Part shown: positions 13,546 through 25,486 of the stretch, one piece after another | Numbering within the stretch: position 1 is the first letter of the stretch | Layout: each line of letters begins with the position of its first letter | Notes under the pieces: generated by a model | Seen by the model: only the letters and a program-made list of their open reading frames with translations | Database searches by the model: none | What the model was told of the DNA's origin: nothing | Made by a program: the position numbers and the translations under genes | From: Octopus bimaculoides | Taxonomy: Eukaryota | Direction: 5' to 3' | Assembly: GCF_001194135.2 (NCBI RefSeq) | Contig: NC_068983.1 | Location: 80,312,516-80,354,653 of the forward strand | Length of the DNA stretch: 42,138 bases

Positions 13546-14338
13546 TTGTTCAATATTATAAAATGCCAAGTCACATGTTAATTTTTATTTCATTTTTTAT
13601 TTTAATACTCAGTGGTTTGATTTCCATCACAAAGTAGGATGGGTAGATGACCTTCTTTTAGTTGTATGGTCTCAGATGTTTACATGCATATTTAGCAGTA
13701 GCAGTGCTGTCCCAGATATAATGTGGACAATACTCTAATGTGGTTTATACTTGACCTTTGTAGAGATTCACCAACTAATAGATACTGAATGATTTTCTGG
13801 CTACAAAGAGAAAACCTAGTTTTTAAATGCAGTTTTAGTAATAGGTCAGATTGCAAAGAGAGAGTTTTAATTGTACATTAGACTGCTATGAGAGAACAGC
13901 TATTTGAAAACCTAGCATCTAAAGCTACTTTGAAGATTTTAGTTGAGTATAGCTTATTTGTAGAGTTAGTATTGTATACAATTGTTTCCTGGAGATGCAT
14001 AGCAAATGTGTTCGTGCTGTTTAGAATCTAGGTTGTTATGTCCACCATATTTTGGCAGACTTTCAGAATAGCTGTTCCACTTAAGTTGGAATTTTTTTTT
14101 TCATTTTGGCCAAGATTTTTCGATTTTTTTTTTTTTTTTTCGGTCATTACACATTTCAAAACAATGTGGGAAGCCTTTGCTACAAAAAAAACAAAAAAAC
14201 ATCTTTTAAATCCAAAGTTTTCAAACGTTTGCCCCCTAACCCCTTCCCTTCTAGTATCTTCATGATAGCCGTCACCACACATTTCTTTCCCCCACATTAT
14301 GATATTCCATATTCTGAAACACATGTACTTTGGAAGCT

Positions 14339-15781
14339 AAATTTCTTCCAACCACTTGAAGTTTTTCAAATTTTCACCAAATTATTTTCAAAAATGTAAT
14401 TTGAATAACAAAAATTGCATTCAGTTTCTTTTTTCTTTTTTTTTTTCTAGAAACTTACTAAAACCAGTTACAAGCATTTAAAATTACCTAATATTAGCCA
14501 GTCAAAGCTTCAAGTGCCAAATATTGGAAGTTGTAACTGTTTGTCCCCGTGGGAGCAACATGCACGAAATCTTTATGCTAAATCTGCCTTTAAACTACAC
14601 CATAATGTCTTAGAAACAAAACAGGGTTGGGGCAAAAGGACAACGCATAGTGCGACATTTAATTTAAAGTTAATCTCCACAGACATAATCTTTAATGAAG
14701 TCATGACCCTTAAAACACTGAGCCCCACAGATCAATAATAAATGTACTTTCTGAAGGTTTAACAGAAAAAGGTGGCAGCGGCAGTGGTGATGGTAAAGAA
14801 AGAACTGGTTACCAAATGTTTTTCGTATGACGTATAGTGTTGACAATGTGGAGGCGCAATAGCCCAGTGGTTAGGGCAGTGGACTTGTGGTCATAGGATC
14901 GCGGTTTCGATTCCCAGACCAGGCGTTGTGAGTGTTTATTGAGTGAAAACACCTAAAGCTCCACGAGGCTCCGGCAGGAGATGGTAGCGAACCCTGCTGT
15001 ACTCTTTCACCACAACTTTCTCTCACTCTTTCTTCCTGTTATGCCTGTAATTCAAAGGGTCAGCCTTGTCACACTGTGTCACGCTGAATATCCCCGAGAA
15101 CTACGTTAAGGGTACACATGTCTGTGGAGTGCTCAGCCACTTGCACGTTAATTTCACGAGCAGGCTGTTCTGTAGATTGGATCAAGTGGAACCGTTGACG
15201 TCGTAAGCGATGGAGTGCCAACAACAACAACAAATGTTGACAATGCTGGTGGTATAGATGATATTCTTTGTCTGCCACCAAACCTTGTAAAACCATAAGA
15301 GAAAGTACATTTAATATTGATTTGGACACCCATTAAGTGTTTTAATGGTAGTAAGTTTGATAAAAGGTTTATACCCTTAGAGGTTGACTTTCATTTAGTT
15401 ATTATTATTAACACTCAACAAGAGGAAACCACTTGGGCCTGCCTCAAGCAAGAAAATAAGTGATGATGTAGCATGTGTTGTCTCTTTCTCCTCTTTAGAC
15501 ATTGTGGTGTAGCTTAAGAAAGATTTGGCTGCTATACCAAACAGTTCGAGAGATGACGTAAAGGTTTCATGTATGCTGTTCCCACAGGAACTTCCTGTAT
15601 GTTTAGCAGTTGAGGCTTCGATTGGCTAAGATTGCATAATTTTAAATGCTTGTAACCATTATATTAATAATTTGTAGAATGCGATTTTTGTAATTAGCAT
15701 GTGCAACTGCATCAGATCTACATTTTGTTTTACAATAATCTGGTGAAAATTTGAAAAACTTCAAGCAGTTGGAAGAAATTT
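14339..15781. repeat. Inverted repeat pair 14339-14386 / 15734-15781
   Basis: 48-bp arms with 45/48 identity in inverted orientation. A further short match is aaaattgcattc / gaatgcgatttt. Confidence 0.8.
14849..15234 (+). mobile_element. Full-length tRNA-derived SINE, family B
   Basis: A-box tagcccagtgg, B-box gtttcgattcc and (caa)n tail. 11-bp TSD tgttgacaatg (14838-14848, 15235-15245). Confidence 0.92.
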
Positions 15782-15954
15782 AACAAGATCCATACCCAAC
15801 ATTTTAAGAGCAAAAATAAATTTTTTAATCCATATATTTTAAATGTCATCCCCTCTCCCTCATACCTTTAGAACAGCAACCAGTTAACATGCCGTTTACT
15901 GTTGTAAAAAGGTGAAAGTAAATTGTCCTTAAAAAACCAGAAGTGACAACAATT

Positions 15955-16160
15955 TACTTTCCCATTTTATCATCTTTCTTCTTGGCAAGCATCAATCACT
16001 CTTCTATAGCCTGTGTATGGATACTGCCATTTTTTGATCAGTAAAATCGAGGGAATGATTGACACCTTCATGAGTATAATATTGAATCCCACCCATCAGA
16101 TATCAAACGTGTTCCTGGCAATATCCTATGCCTTATAATGGGCCAGTGTTTTGTACTAGC
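15955..16160 (-). pseudogene. Merlin / ISXO2 (IS1595-like) DDE transposase remnant
   Basis: With frameshifts: ASTKHWPIIRHRILPGTRLISDGW..YTHEGVNHSLDFTDQK..GSIHTQAIEE*. This matches the family consensus TLxPIIxxxIxPGTxIxSDxW..Y..HxxVNHS..F....HTxxIExxW. Confidence 0.75.
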
Positions 16161-16623
16161 AATTGGAGTTGTTTTTTTTTTTTTAGCAAATGTTGGTAGA
16201 CCACAGGTGTCACGGGGGTTTTTTTTTTTTTTTTTTGACAATTCACCTGCACTTTATTTACAACCATGAACTGCTTATTAACCAAGAAACAACTAAAATG
16301 ATTTTTTTTTTTTTCATTATTTTCAATCATTTTATTATATTCCACACCTTCTGAAACACTTGGAATTCACATTAAAAAAAATCTTATTCCTCCCCCTTCA
16401 TTGAACCATTCGCAATTAAAATGAATATATTTTGTTTCATTTCTTCCGTATTTTTCGTGATTTCATTTTCTCATACTTTTCCTCAAATGACACAAAAATT
16501 AAATTAAGAGAAAAACACAAAGCAAATATATTAACACCTGATTTGCATTGTCATAAACTACATCAAATCTAATTTTATATGCCACTTTTCATTTCCCACA
16601 CAAGACAAAAACAAACAGAAATA

Positions 16624-19133
16624 CAGGCATACCTCAGCTTAAGTTGTTTCGATTTAAGTCATTCTCGATTATCCGTCGGTTTTCAAAAATAATATATGGA
16701 AAAATAAAAATCAAGTCAAGTCATTTTACTCAACTTTACGTCTGTCTGCCACATATATTGGAATAGAAAACTATTAAAAGCACATAAAATCATGTTACTT
16801 TACAATAAATAAGAATAAAAGCATATAAAATCATATTAAAATATGTACAGTAAATATTAAGATACACACCATAAAATAGTGTAGCTTAGTGAATGAAATC
16901 ATGAAATCAGCTGTGTTTTCTTATTTATCAGTCTTTTGGAGCTCATATTGCACTGCAGTTCCAATATCTAACATTAGGCGTAGTTATCATTCGTGATTCC
17001 CGCAATTGTTTTGAATTCAGATTTGTTTACGTCTGTTTATCAGCTACTTTCTCATTCTCATCAATTTGTAACTTTATTTTTTGCCCCCATGGCTCCTAAG
17101 AAAATTCATAGTGAAAGTGCTAAGCGTCATGCTATAACACTGGAAGATAAACTGGCTATTATAAAACGTCATGAAAAAGGTGAAAAAGTGGTAGTAATTG
17201 CACATTCTTTTGGGATGAGTCAGACAGCTGTATCAACAATTGTACATAATAAGGACAAGATTTTAGTACATATCAAATCTGAAGCCCCAGGGATGAAGAA
17301 CACTGTCATCAACAAGAAAAGAGGCAAAATCCTTAAAGAAATGGGAAGTCTTTCTGTTTGGATTGTTAGGCTGAATCATCAGTGTGCTACTATTAGTCAA
17401 GAAATCATTCACAAGAAAGTGTTGCCTTTGAGGACCTGAAGAAAAAATATCCAGATGAGAAAGATGTAGAGTTCAAGGCAAGTCAAGGATGGTTCATGAG
17501 ATTTCAGGAGTGAAGTTATCACTCCATTAAGAAGCAAGGTGAAAGTGCATTAGCTGACGATCAAACAGCAGCGGAATTTCCTAATGCATTAAAGAAAATC
17601 ATTGAAGAAAATGAGTTTCTTCCCAAACAGATTTGACAAAACTGGATTGTATTGGAAAATATTGCTAGACTGTTCATTCATTTCCAAGGAGGAGAAAACT
17701 ACTCCAGGCTACAAGGTCTCAAAAGAAAGTATAACCATTATGTTGGGAAGTAATTGTGCAGGAGATTTCAAGTTAAAATCATTGTTTGTGTATCACACAC
17801 ACAACCCCAGTGCCCTGAAGAACATACCCATGGCATCTCTCCCTGTTATATGGATGGCTAATTCAAAAGCATGGGTTACTGTTGTTGTTTTCGAAGATTG
17901 GTTCTTCAATCATTTTATCCCAGCAGCAGAGAAGTACTGCAAAACATCATAGATTTTGACCCCAACGTTACCGTTGTATACCTCCTTCTGAACACCACGT
18001 CGCTTCTGCAGCCAATGAATCAGGGAATAATTGTTATCTTCAAATGTTACTATATGAAGCGTATGCTACAGTAAGCAATAGCTGCAACTGATCTTGACGA
18101 GTCCATCACACTTCGTGACTTTTGGAAGCGATACGATATTTACAAGACTGTACAGAACATAGCAGCGGCATGGAATGATGTATAGAGCATGGCTATGAAT
18201 GGTGTACGGAAGAAGCTATGCCTGCAATTCATGAATGATATTAAGGGATTTGATAATGTTGACATCAACAAAAAGGTGGTGACTATGAGCAAAGAACTGG
18301 AAATGGATTTGGAGGAGGAGGATTTCAGAGATTTATTTGAAAAAGACAAGCAGCCCCTGATGAACAAGGATTTGATAGAGCTTCATGAGCAGCAAAATAA
18401 AAAAGAAGAAGAAGTCACTTTACCATTAAGAAAATGCAGCAAGCATTTGCATATTTCAAAAAAGGTCTTTCTATGTTCGAGGATATGGATCCAAAGGCTC
18501 AATGCAAGATTATGGGAGCTTGTCACAAAGCTTTTGCTCCTTATAATGTAATCCTTGAGGAAAAGAAGACAGTTCAAAGAACTCTCAATCAATTTTTTAA
18601 GCGCATCAAACAAGAACAGCCAGAGTCAGCTGTTGATGTTGATAATCCACAGCCATCTACATCCGCGATGTAAATCACCAAATTCTATCTACAACTGCTA
18701 AATTTAAAATAATTTAGTTTTCTTTTTACTATTGCAAAATAATAATAATTACTGAATTTGTTTTTTAAGCTTAAAAATGGCTTTCATTTTACCATGTCTT
18801 ATTGCAAACCGCATTCATTAATAAAGTGTCTTCAATGTACAGTAAACACCGCCAAATTGTATTCATAAATTTAGATTACTTCTCTTTTTTACTGTAGTGT
18901 ATTAAAGAATAAAAATTATTTGTTTGTAAGCTTAAAATAGGTTTTTATTAACCATGTATTATTGAAAATGCATTCATAAATAAAGTACGGAACTGAGAAT
19001 GGTTGTTATCAGTTTAACCTAGAGACAAATAAATTCAGCCTAGCCAAGAGACAAGTTAATTCGACTTAAGTAATTTCTCGACTCAAGTTGTGTTTCCTGG
19101 AACCAATTAACGATGTAGGGTGAAGTATGCCTG
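16624..19133 (+). mobile_element. Full-length (2510 bp) Tigger/pogo DNA transposon, non-functional
   Basis: TIRs caggcatacctca / tgaagtatgcctg, TA target duplication on both sides, and an internal TIGD1-like transposase. Confidence 0.92.
17089..18673 (+). pseudogene. Tigger (CENP-B/TIGD1-like) transposase pseudogene
   Basis: MAPKK..ITLEDKLAIIKRHEKG (HTH), FKASQGWFMRF, DKTGLYWK, GSNCAGDFKLK, NSKAWVT..FEDWF, NTTSLLQPMNQG. Several frameshifts and stops. Confidence 0.92.
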
Positions 19134-19711
19134 TATATTGTTTTAGTTAGGACAGACTGTTGATATGATAGACAGGGAGGAAAACAAGATATTTTTGTTC
19201 CCGCAATACTTTTCTTCAATTAAAAAAAATTCTTTTCTACATTTTGAACAATTCAAATTATCGTTTTATAGATACTTCTTTCAAAATTATAATTTTGTTT
19301 TTCCACACATCCACTTGTAATGTTTGACTATTTTAAAACTGTGAAAGGTACGATGAAAGCAAGAAGTAGGAGTAAGACTTCTCTTTTCTTTAAATATGAA
19401 TTACAATTGCTTCAGAATGTGGAATAGAATAAAATGACAAAAAACGACAAAAGTAAAAAAAAACAAAACCATTTAAGTGGGTAGTTGCTGTTCCAAAGGT
19501 ATGGGAAGAACAGAATTTTTTTTTAAATGGATTTAATTTTACTTTAAATGCAAATTACAAGTGTTTCAGAGTTTGGAATACTATAAACATTTCATATAGT
19601 GAAAATTATGAGAGGGGTGGGTTACATCCTCCCTGCTCCATAAAAATGTAGGTTACATGTTTCAGTATATGAAACACCACAACATGTGGGAAATAATTTT
19701 TGTAGTCATGG

Positions 19712-19892
19712 CTGTGTGTGTGTATCTTTGCGTCTGTTTGTCCCCGTACTTAGCAGTTAGGCAAAAGAGACTGATAGAATAAGTACCAAGCTTAAAAAGA
19801 AAATAAGTACTGGGGTCAATTAGTTCAACTAAAATTCAAGGCAGTGCTCCAGCATGGCCACAGTCCAATGACTGAAACAAGTAAAAGATAAA
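19712..19892 (+). mobile_element. SINE family A 3' half
   Basis: (TG)n, then cttagcagttaggcaaaagagactgatagaataagtacc..gcatggccacagtccaatgactgaaacaagtaaaaga. Confidence 0.8.
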
Positions 19893-19954
19893 CGATGGAC
19901 ATTTTTCTTTTGTAAGAAAAAATATTGAGGATTAAAATCAGCTAGTTGTCAATC

Positions 19955-20230
19955 ATCATCATCATCCAGTTAATGTTCTTCTTCCATGCTGGCATGGGTT
20001 AGGTAATTTGACAGGAGCTGGGAAGCTGGAGAGCTGTGCCAGGCCCCATTGTCTGCTTTGATATGGTTTCTACAGCTGGACACTCTCCTTAACACCATCA
20101 GTTTAACAGTGTATACTGGGTGCTTTTTATGTGGCACCAGCACTGGTGCTTTTTATGTAGCACCAGCACTAGTGTTTTTTATGTGGCATCAACACCAATG
20201 GGATCACCAAGTAACTTGTGAGATGAAGAT
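19955..20230 (-). mobile_element. Family D LINE-tail repeat with three tandem copies of a ~26-bp unit
   Basis: catcatcatc..ttccatgctggcatgggtt..; the unit ggtgctttttatgtggcaccagcact is repeated three times at about 20118-20195. Confidence 0.6.
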
Positions 20231-20689
20231 CTCATTGCAGTTTGAAAAAAAAAACAAAAAGACTTTGCTATCTCCAATATAAAGTGTATGTGTGATAGTG
20301 TTGATTTTACAAATACTAGCATTGTCAAAGATTGTCTAAAATAGAAAAGTACTGAAAAACAGGTTAGTTACATCAGTAAAAACAACACAAAAAAATTGTA
20401 TGATGATAAATAATAATAAATAGGATAGAAAGAAATGAAGAAAATTTATTTTAGTTTCAAACTCCCAGGGAACTAAGACATGCATTTAAATGATTAAGAA
20501 ATGTTTCAACATAACAAAACACATACCATATATCAAAAACATAATACTTTGAAAAATCAAATCATAGTTAATTTAATTACAAGAAACATATAAATTTAGT
20601 GTTCAAGCTGTCAAATGATATAGTATTCCCAAGCCAAATATAAATTTAACTAAAGTATTTACTTAAACTTTAATATCTTTAATATCTTT

Positions 20690-21095
20690 TATTTTTTACT
20701 CATTTCAGTCCCATGACTGTGACCATGCTTGGGTACCACCTTGAAGGGTTGTTTTAGTTGAACGAATCAACCCCAGGACATTTTTAAGCCTAGTATTAAT
20801 TCTATTAGTCTCTTTTCCTGAACCGCTAAGTTACAGGAATGTAAACACACAACACCAGTTGTCAATTGGTGGTGGGGGACAAAAAGAGGGCACAAAGACA
20901 CACACACAAAGAAATATATATATACATTTATACAGTGGGCTTTTTCCAGTTTCCATCTACCAAATTCACTTACGGCTGTGGTCAGCCCAAGGTTATAGTA
21001 GAAGACACTGGCTGAAAATGCCATGCAGTGAGACTGAACATGGGACCATGTGGTTGGGAAGCAAACTTCATACCACACAACCACGCCTGCACCTA
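20690..21095 (-). mobile_element. SINE family A, near full length, diverged
   Basis: Same tail-middle-head order as 12894-13314. Confidence 0.8.
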
Positions 21096-21097
21096 TA

Positions 21098-21315
21098 TCT
21101 TTTATCTTGTTTCAGTCATAAGGCCATGGCCATGCTGGGGCCCTGAGCGGTTTAGTCAAATGAATAATCCCAGTACTTATTTTATTCTTAAACCTGGTAC
21201 TTATTCTGTCACTCTTTTTGCTGAACTGCAAGATACAGGGACATAAACAATGCAACACTAGTTGCCAAGCAGTGGAGGAGGACTAACACAAATGCACACA
21301 CACACATACACACAC
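21098..21315 (-). mobile_element. SINE family A 3' half, diverged
   Basis: ttttatcttgtttcagtcataaggccatggccatgctggggc..ttgctgaactgcaagatacaggg, ending in (CA)n. Confidence 0.65.
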
Positions 21316-21605
21316 CATCATCATACTTGCCACACACAAAGACTGTTCTCTCTGTTAACCTTCCTGTGATGCTGCTACACCTCTCAGGTGTCCAAAGCTT
21401 GCACTATGTACAATGTATGGAGTTTCAACCATCACCCTTCTTACATATCAAGCAGGGCATCTCCTTGAGTGTAAGTGTGATTTGTCTGTTTTCCTAATTA
21501 GTAGGACTTTCGTTTTTGCTAAATTAACTTTAAGGCCCCTAGATTCCGGGCCTTACTTCCACACTTGAAATTTCTTCATTAGGTCAAGTAGTGATTCAGC
21601 ATTGA

Positions 21606-21769
21606 GGAGCACCGCCTTTAGTCGAGCAAATCGACCCCAGGACTTATTCTTTTGTAAGCCTAGTACTTATTCTATCGGTCTCTTTTGTCAAACTGCTAAG
21701 TTACGGGGACGTAAACACACCAGCATCGGTTGTCAAGCGATGGTGGGGGGACAAACAGACACACAAACG

Positions 21770-21811
<42 letters not shown>

Positions 21812-21970
21812 TACGACAGGCTTCTTTCAGTTTCCGTCTACCAAATCCACTCACAAGGCTTTGGTTGGCCCGAGGTTATAGTAGAAGACACTTGCCCAAG
21901 GTGCCACGCAGTGGGACTGAACCCGGAACCATGTGGTTCGTAAGCAAGCTACTTACCACACAACCACTCC
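21606..21970 (-). mobile_element. SINE family A, young copy
   Basis: Very close to 12894-13314 with more CpGs retained; extreme 3' tail truncated. Confidence 0.88.
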
Positions 21971-21998
21971 ATATAATAAAAATATATATTGCACACAC

Positions 21999-22200
21999 NN
22001 NNNNNNNNNNNNNNNNNNNNNNNNNNNNNNNNNNNNNNNNNNNNNNNNNNNNNNNNNNNNNNNNNNNNNNNNNNNNNNNNNNNNNNNNNNNNNNNNNNNN
22101 NNNNNNNNNNNNNNNNNNNNNNNNNNNNNNNNNNNNNNNNNNNNNNNNNNNNNNNNNNNNNNNNNNNNNNNNNNNNNNNNNNNNNNNNNNNNNNNNNNNN
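21999..22200. other. Assembly gap (N run)
   Basis: Run of n. Confidence 0.99.
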
Positions 22201-22494
22201 NATAGCCAGCACTGATTTTTGCTGCAACATTTCGTATCAAGACGTCAGATGTAAACAAGCAATGAGATCGAAGATAAGGGTGGGTAATGAGTGTATATGC
22301 CATATAAATCAGTACCACATTCTATATAGTTTCTATAGAATATCTGTAGAAACAACCTTAAAAATAATGTAACAAGCAGTGGGACGTGGTACTGACTTAT
22401 AAAAACATTTAGTATACTTCATAGTATATTGTGTTTGCATAATGGAGTACCATGTACCTACAAACCTCTAATGTTCACTGGAATTCATTCACAC

Positions 22495-22830
22495 AACCAT
22501 TTTTACATCCATTTTCCATGCTAGCATGAGTTGGATGAGATAGAATCAGTTCTTATCAGGAGTTACTACCCTCATACTCTGGTGCCCTTATATTTCATTT
22601 TTGATGGTGACCATGGCTGATCCTCTTCTTATTACCAACTGCTGTACAGAGTGTACTGGGTGCATTTTATTATCATATTAAAGAGGTTGATAAGTTTTCA
22701 GTAGAACAAGATTAAAGGCTCTCCCTCATCCTACTTATTATCCACTGAGTTACCAACCACTTTACAGTGTGTACTGGATACATTTAATTGTGGCACCAGC
22801 ACTTCAGAGATTGTCATCTCCTTGCTGAAA
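22495..22830 (-). mobile_element. Degenerate family D repeats
   Basis: tttccatgctagcatgagttggatg, and two copies of accaac(tg/ca)ct.tacag.gtgtactgg.tgcatttt. Confidence 0.45.
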
Positions 22831-23719
22831 CAGAACCAAAGGAATCTCTCCCCCCCCCCCACACACACACACTTTCTCCACTCAGTTACCAATCACTCTG
22901 CAACTGCACTAGATGAATTCCATCATAGTATAGCAAGAAATACACTAAATGCACATTGCCGAGTGACGGGCAAGCAAGCAGGTTTACAAAAATGTCTGTG
23001 AAAGTGATACCTTTTCCCTAACACACTCACTGAATAAATAACCCCAAACAAGAATATAAAATGGCCCCACTTGTAAAGAATTTATCTGAAGCTCTATATC
23101 TTCTCTCCTCCACTTCATTTTTGAATGAATGGAGTAGAAAAGAGCTTTCAATAAACCTTTCAAAATTAGGCCCTTTTCTATGCTGTTTGGAATATTTATC
23201 CTATGGGAATAGGGGAAGGGATTAAGTGCTGAGGCATTAATATTTACAAAATACTTTCTCTTTACTATAAATATTTTCATGAACAAATCGGAAGCAATTG
23301 ATTTTTGTGCCATTTCCAGCATCAATGATTGGAAATACATACACACACACACACACACTAGCAGAAAGGCCACTCTCCAGGCAGTTTTCTGCTAGCTTCT
23401 TTATAATATTTTCATATTTGATTCCCAATTCAAATAATTTTATATTTTACATTTATTTTTTTGTATAATAGTGCTCACTTGCTTAGTAAGTATTAATTTC
23501 ATTGTTTTATCACAGTCATAATCTCTCTTTTTAAAACAAACATCAAAGTAGTCCAACAACAGAGGGAGAAGCAGTTTGTCAAGTTTTACCTTCCTTGCAA
23601 AGCAATAGAGATTTCAGTTCAGCAGCCCCTCTGTAAGCTTTGCAGTATGTGTCAGGGAGAGAGAACATTGCAAACAATGAATGAAATAAACATGAAATGA
23701 AAAACACCATATAAATAAA

Positions 23720-23974
23720 AGGGCATCACTACAGATGTATACACCCCCGACTTTGTTGCCTCATGACATCCAGAAAAATGGATACTTTTTAACAAAATTT
23801 TCTACAAATACCGTTTGAATGCGGCTTCAGAGTATATAGGGATTTATGAGAAAGAATTTTTCTGATGGGGTGGAGAGAGTAGTTTTGAAAAATTCACACA
23901 ATCTGACTTTTTTCCCCTCATAACTTTCAGGAAGATGGGTATCTTCTTATAAAAATTTGTACAAATCCCTTTCA
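23720..23974. mobile_element. Unclassified DNA-transposon-like fragment truncated by a gap
   Basis: Internal direct repeat (aaaatggatactttttaacaaaattttctacaaatacc / aagatgggtatcttcttataaaaatttgtacaaatccc). Class not assignable. Confidence 0.3.
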
Positions 23975-24664
23975 NNNNNNNNNNNNNNNNNNNNNNNNNN
24001 NNNNNNNNNNNNNNNNNNNNNNNNNNNNNNNNNNNNNNNNNNNNNNNNNNNNNNNNNNNNNNNNNNNNNNNNNNNNNNNNNNNNNNNNNNNNNNNNNNNN
24101 NNNNNNNNNNNNNNNNNNNNNNNNNNNNNNNNNNNNNNNNNNNNNNNNNNNNNNNNNNNNNNNNNNNNNNNNNNNNNNNNNNNNNNNNNNNNNNNNNNNN
24201 NNNNNNNNNNNNNNNNNNNNNNNNNNNNNNNNNNNNNNNNNNNNNNNNNNNNNNNNNNNNNNNNNNNNNNNNNNNNNNNNNNNNNNNNNNNNNNNNNNNN
24301 NNNNNNNNNNNNNNNNNNNNNNNNNNNNNNNNNNNNNNNNNNNNNNNNNNNNNNNNNNNNNNNNNNNNNNNNNNNNNNNNNNNNNNNNNNNNNNNNNNNN
24401 NNNNNNNNNNNNNNNNNNNNNNNNNNNNNNNNNNNNNNNNNNNNNNNNNNNNNNNNNNNNNNNNNNNNNNNNNNNNNNNNNNNNNNNNNNNNNNNNNNNN
24501 NNNNNNNNNNNNNNNNNNNNNNNNNNNNNNNNNNNNNNNNNNNNNNNNNNNNNNNNNNNNNNNNNNNNNNNNNNNNNNNNNNNNNNNNNNNNNNNNNNNN
24601 NNNNNNNNNNNNNNNNNNNNNNNNNNNNNNNNNNNNNNNNNNNNNNNNNNNNNNNNNNNNNNNN
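23975..24664. other. Assembly gap (N run)
   Basis: Run of n. Confidence 0.99.
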
Positions 24665-25486
24665 GGGGGGGGGGGTGCTCTGAAAGTGTAGCTGCTAAAA
24701 TAAGAATAGCCTGGGCAAAATTCAAAGAACTCATACCTCTGCTGGTGACAAAGGGCCTCTTGCTCAGAGTAAAAGGTAGACTGTATGAGGCATATGTGCA
24801 AACAGCCATGCTACATGGCAGTGAAACATGGGCTGTGACTGCTGAGAACATGTGTAAGTTGGCAAGAAATGAAACTAGTATGCTCCACTGGATGTGTAAT
24901 GTCAATGGGCATACATGACAGAGTGTAAGTGTCCTGAGAGAAAAGTTGGACATAAGAAGCATCAGATGTGGTGTGCAAGATGACTGCGCTAGTATGGTCA
25001 TGCGTTGCGTACGGATAAGGACAGCTGTGTGAAAAAGTGTCACACCCTAGCAATAGAGGGTACCTGTGGAAGAGGTAGACCCAAGAAGACCTTGGATGAG
25101 GTGGTGAAGCACGATCTTCGAACGTTGGGCCTCACAGAGGCATTGACAAGTGACCAAGACCTTTGGAGATATGCTGTGCTTGAGAAGACCTGGCAAGCCA
25201 AGTGTGACCATAACCATGGCGTAAGCCAGTGCAGCATAACTGGTCCATTTAAGAGTACCCTTCAATCATAGGGCAATAAACTGTGCTCAAGTGCTTGAGT
25301 CAAGTGAAGTCACTGTCGTGGTTGATACCAGTACCACCTGACTGGCACCCGTGCCAGTGGCATGTAAAAAGCACCATTCGAGCAAGGTCGTTGCCAGTTC
25401 CACCTGACTGGTTCCCATGCTGGTAGCACATAAAAAGCACCATTCAAGCGTGGTCGTTGCCAGTGCCATCTGACTAGCTCCTGTGC
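24665..25486 (+). mobile_element. RTE-clade LINE, 3' part of ORF2 plus 3' tail
   Basis: GGCSESVAAKIRIAWAKFKEL..KGRLYEAYVQTAMLHGSETW..LR*YGH..GRGRPKKTLDEVVKHDL..LWRYAV is the typical RTE C-terminus, with stops and a frameshift. The tail has about 2.3 copies of a ~66-bp unit. Confidence 0.9.

Noticed and set aside
14849-14930. tRNA-like sequence with A and B boxes (also at 30903 and in the family A and C heads)
   Set aside because: It continues into SINE body and tail with TSDs and has no complete cloverleaf, so it is a SINE head rather than a tRNA gene.
20118-20195. Regularly spaced ~26-bp repeats (and the ~66-bp units at 25320-25486), superficially CRISPR-like
   Set aside because: Head-to-tail tandem units without unique spacers, part of a eukaryotic LINE 3' tail.
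22984-23373. 129-aa minus-strand ORF
   Set aside because: It starts in a (GT)n microsatellite, has no recognisable motif and does not fit the MRPS11 exon phases with convincing splice sites.
21730-25043. Long ORF-track entries (up to 399 aa)
   Set aside because: Their length comes from read-through of N gaps; the flanks are SINE or antisense LINE sequence.
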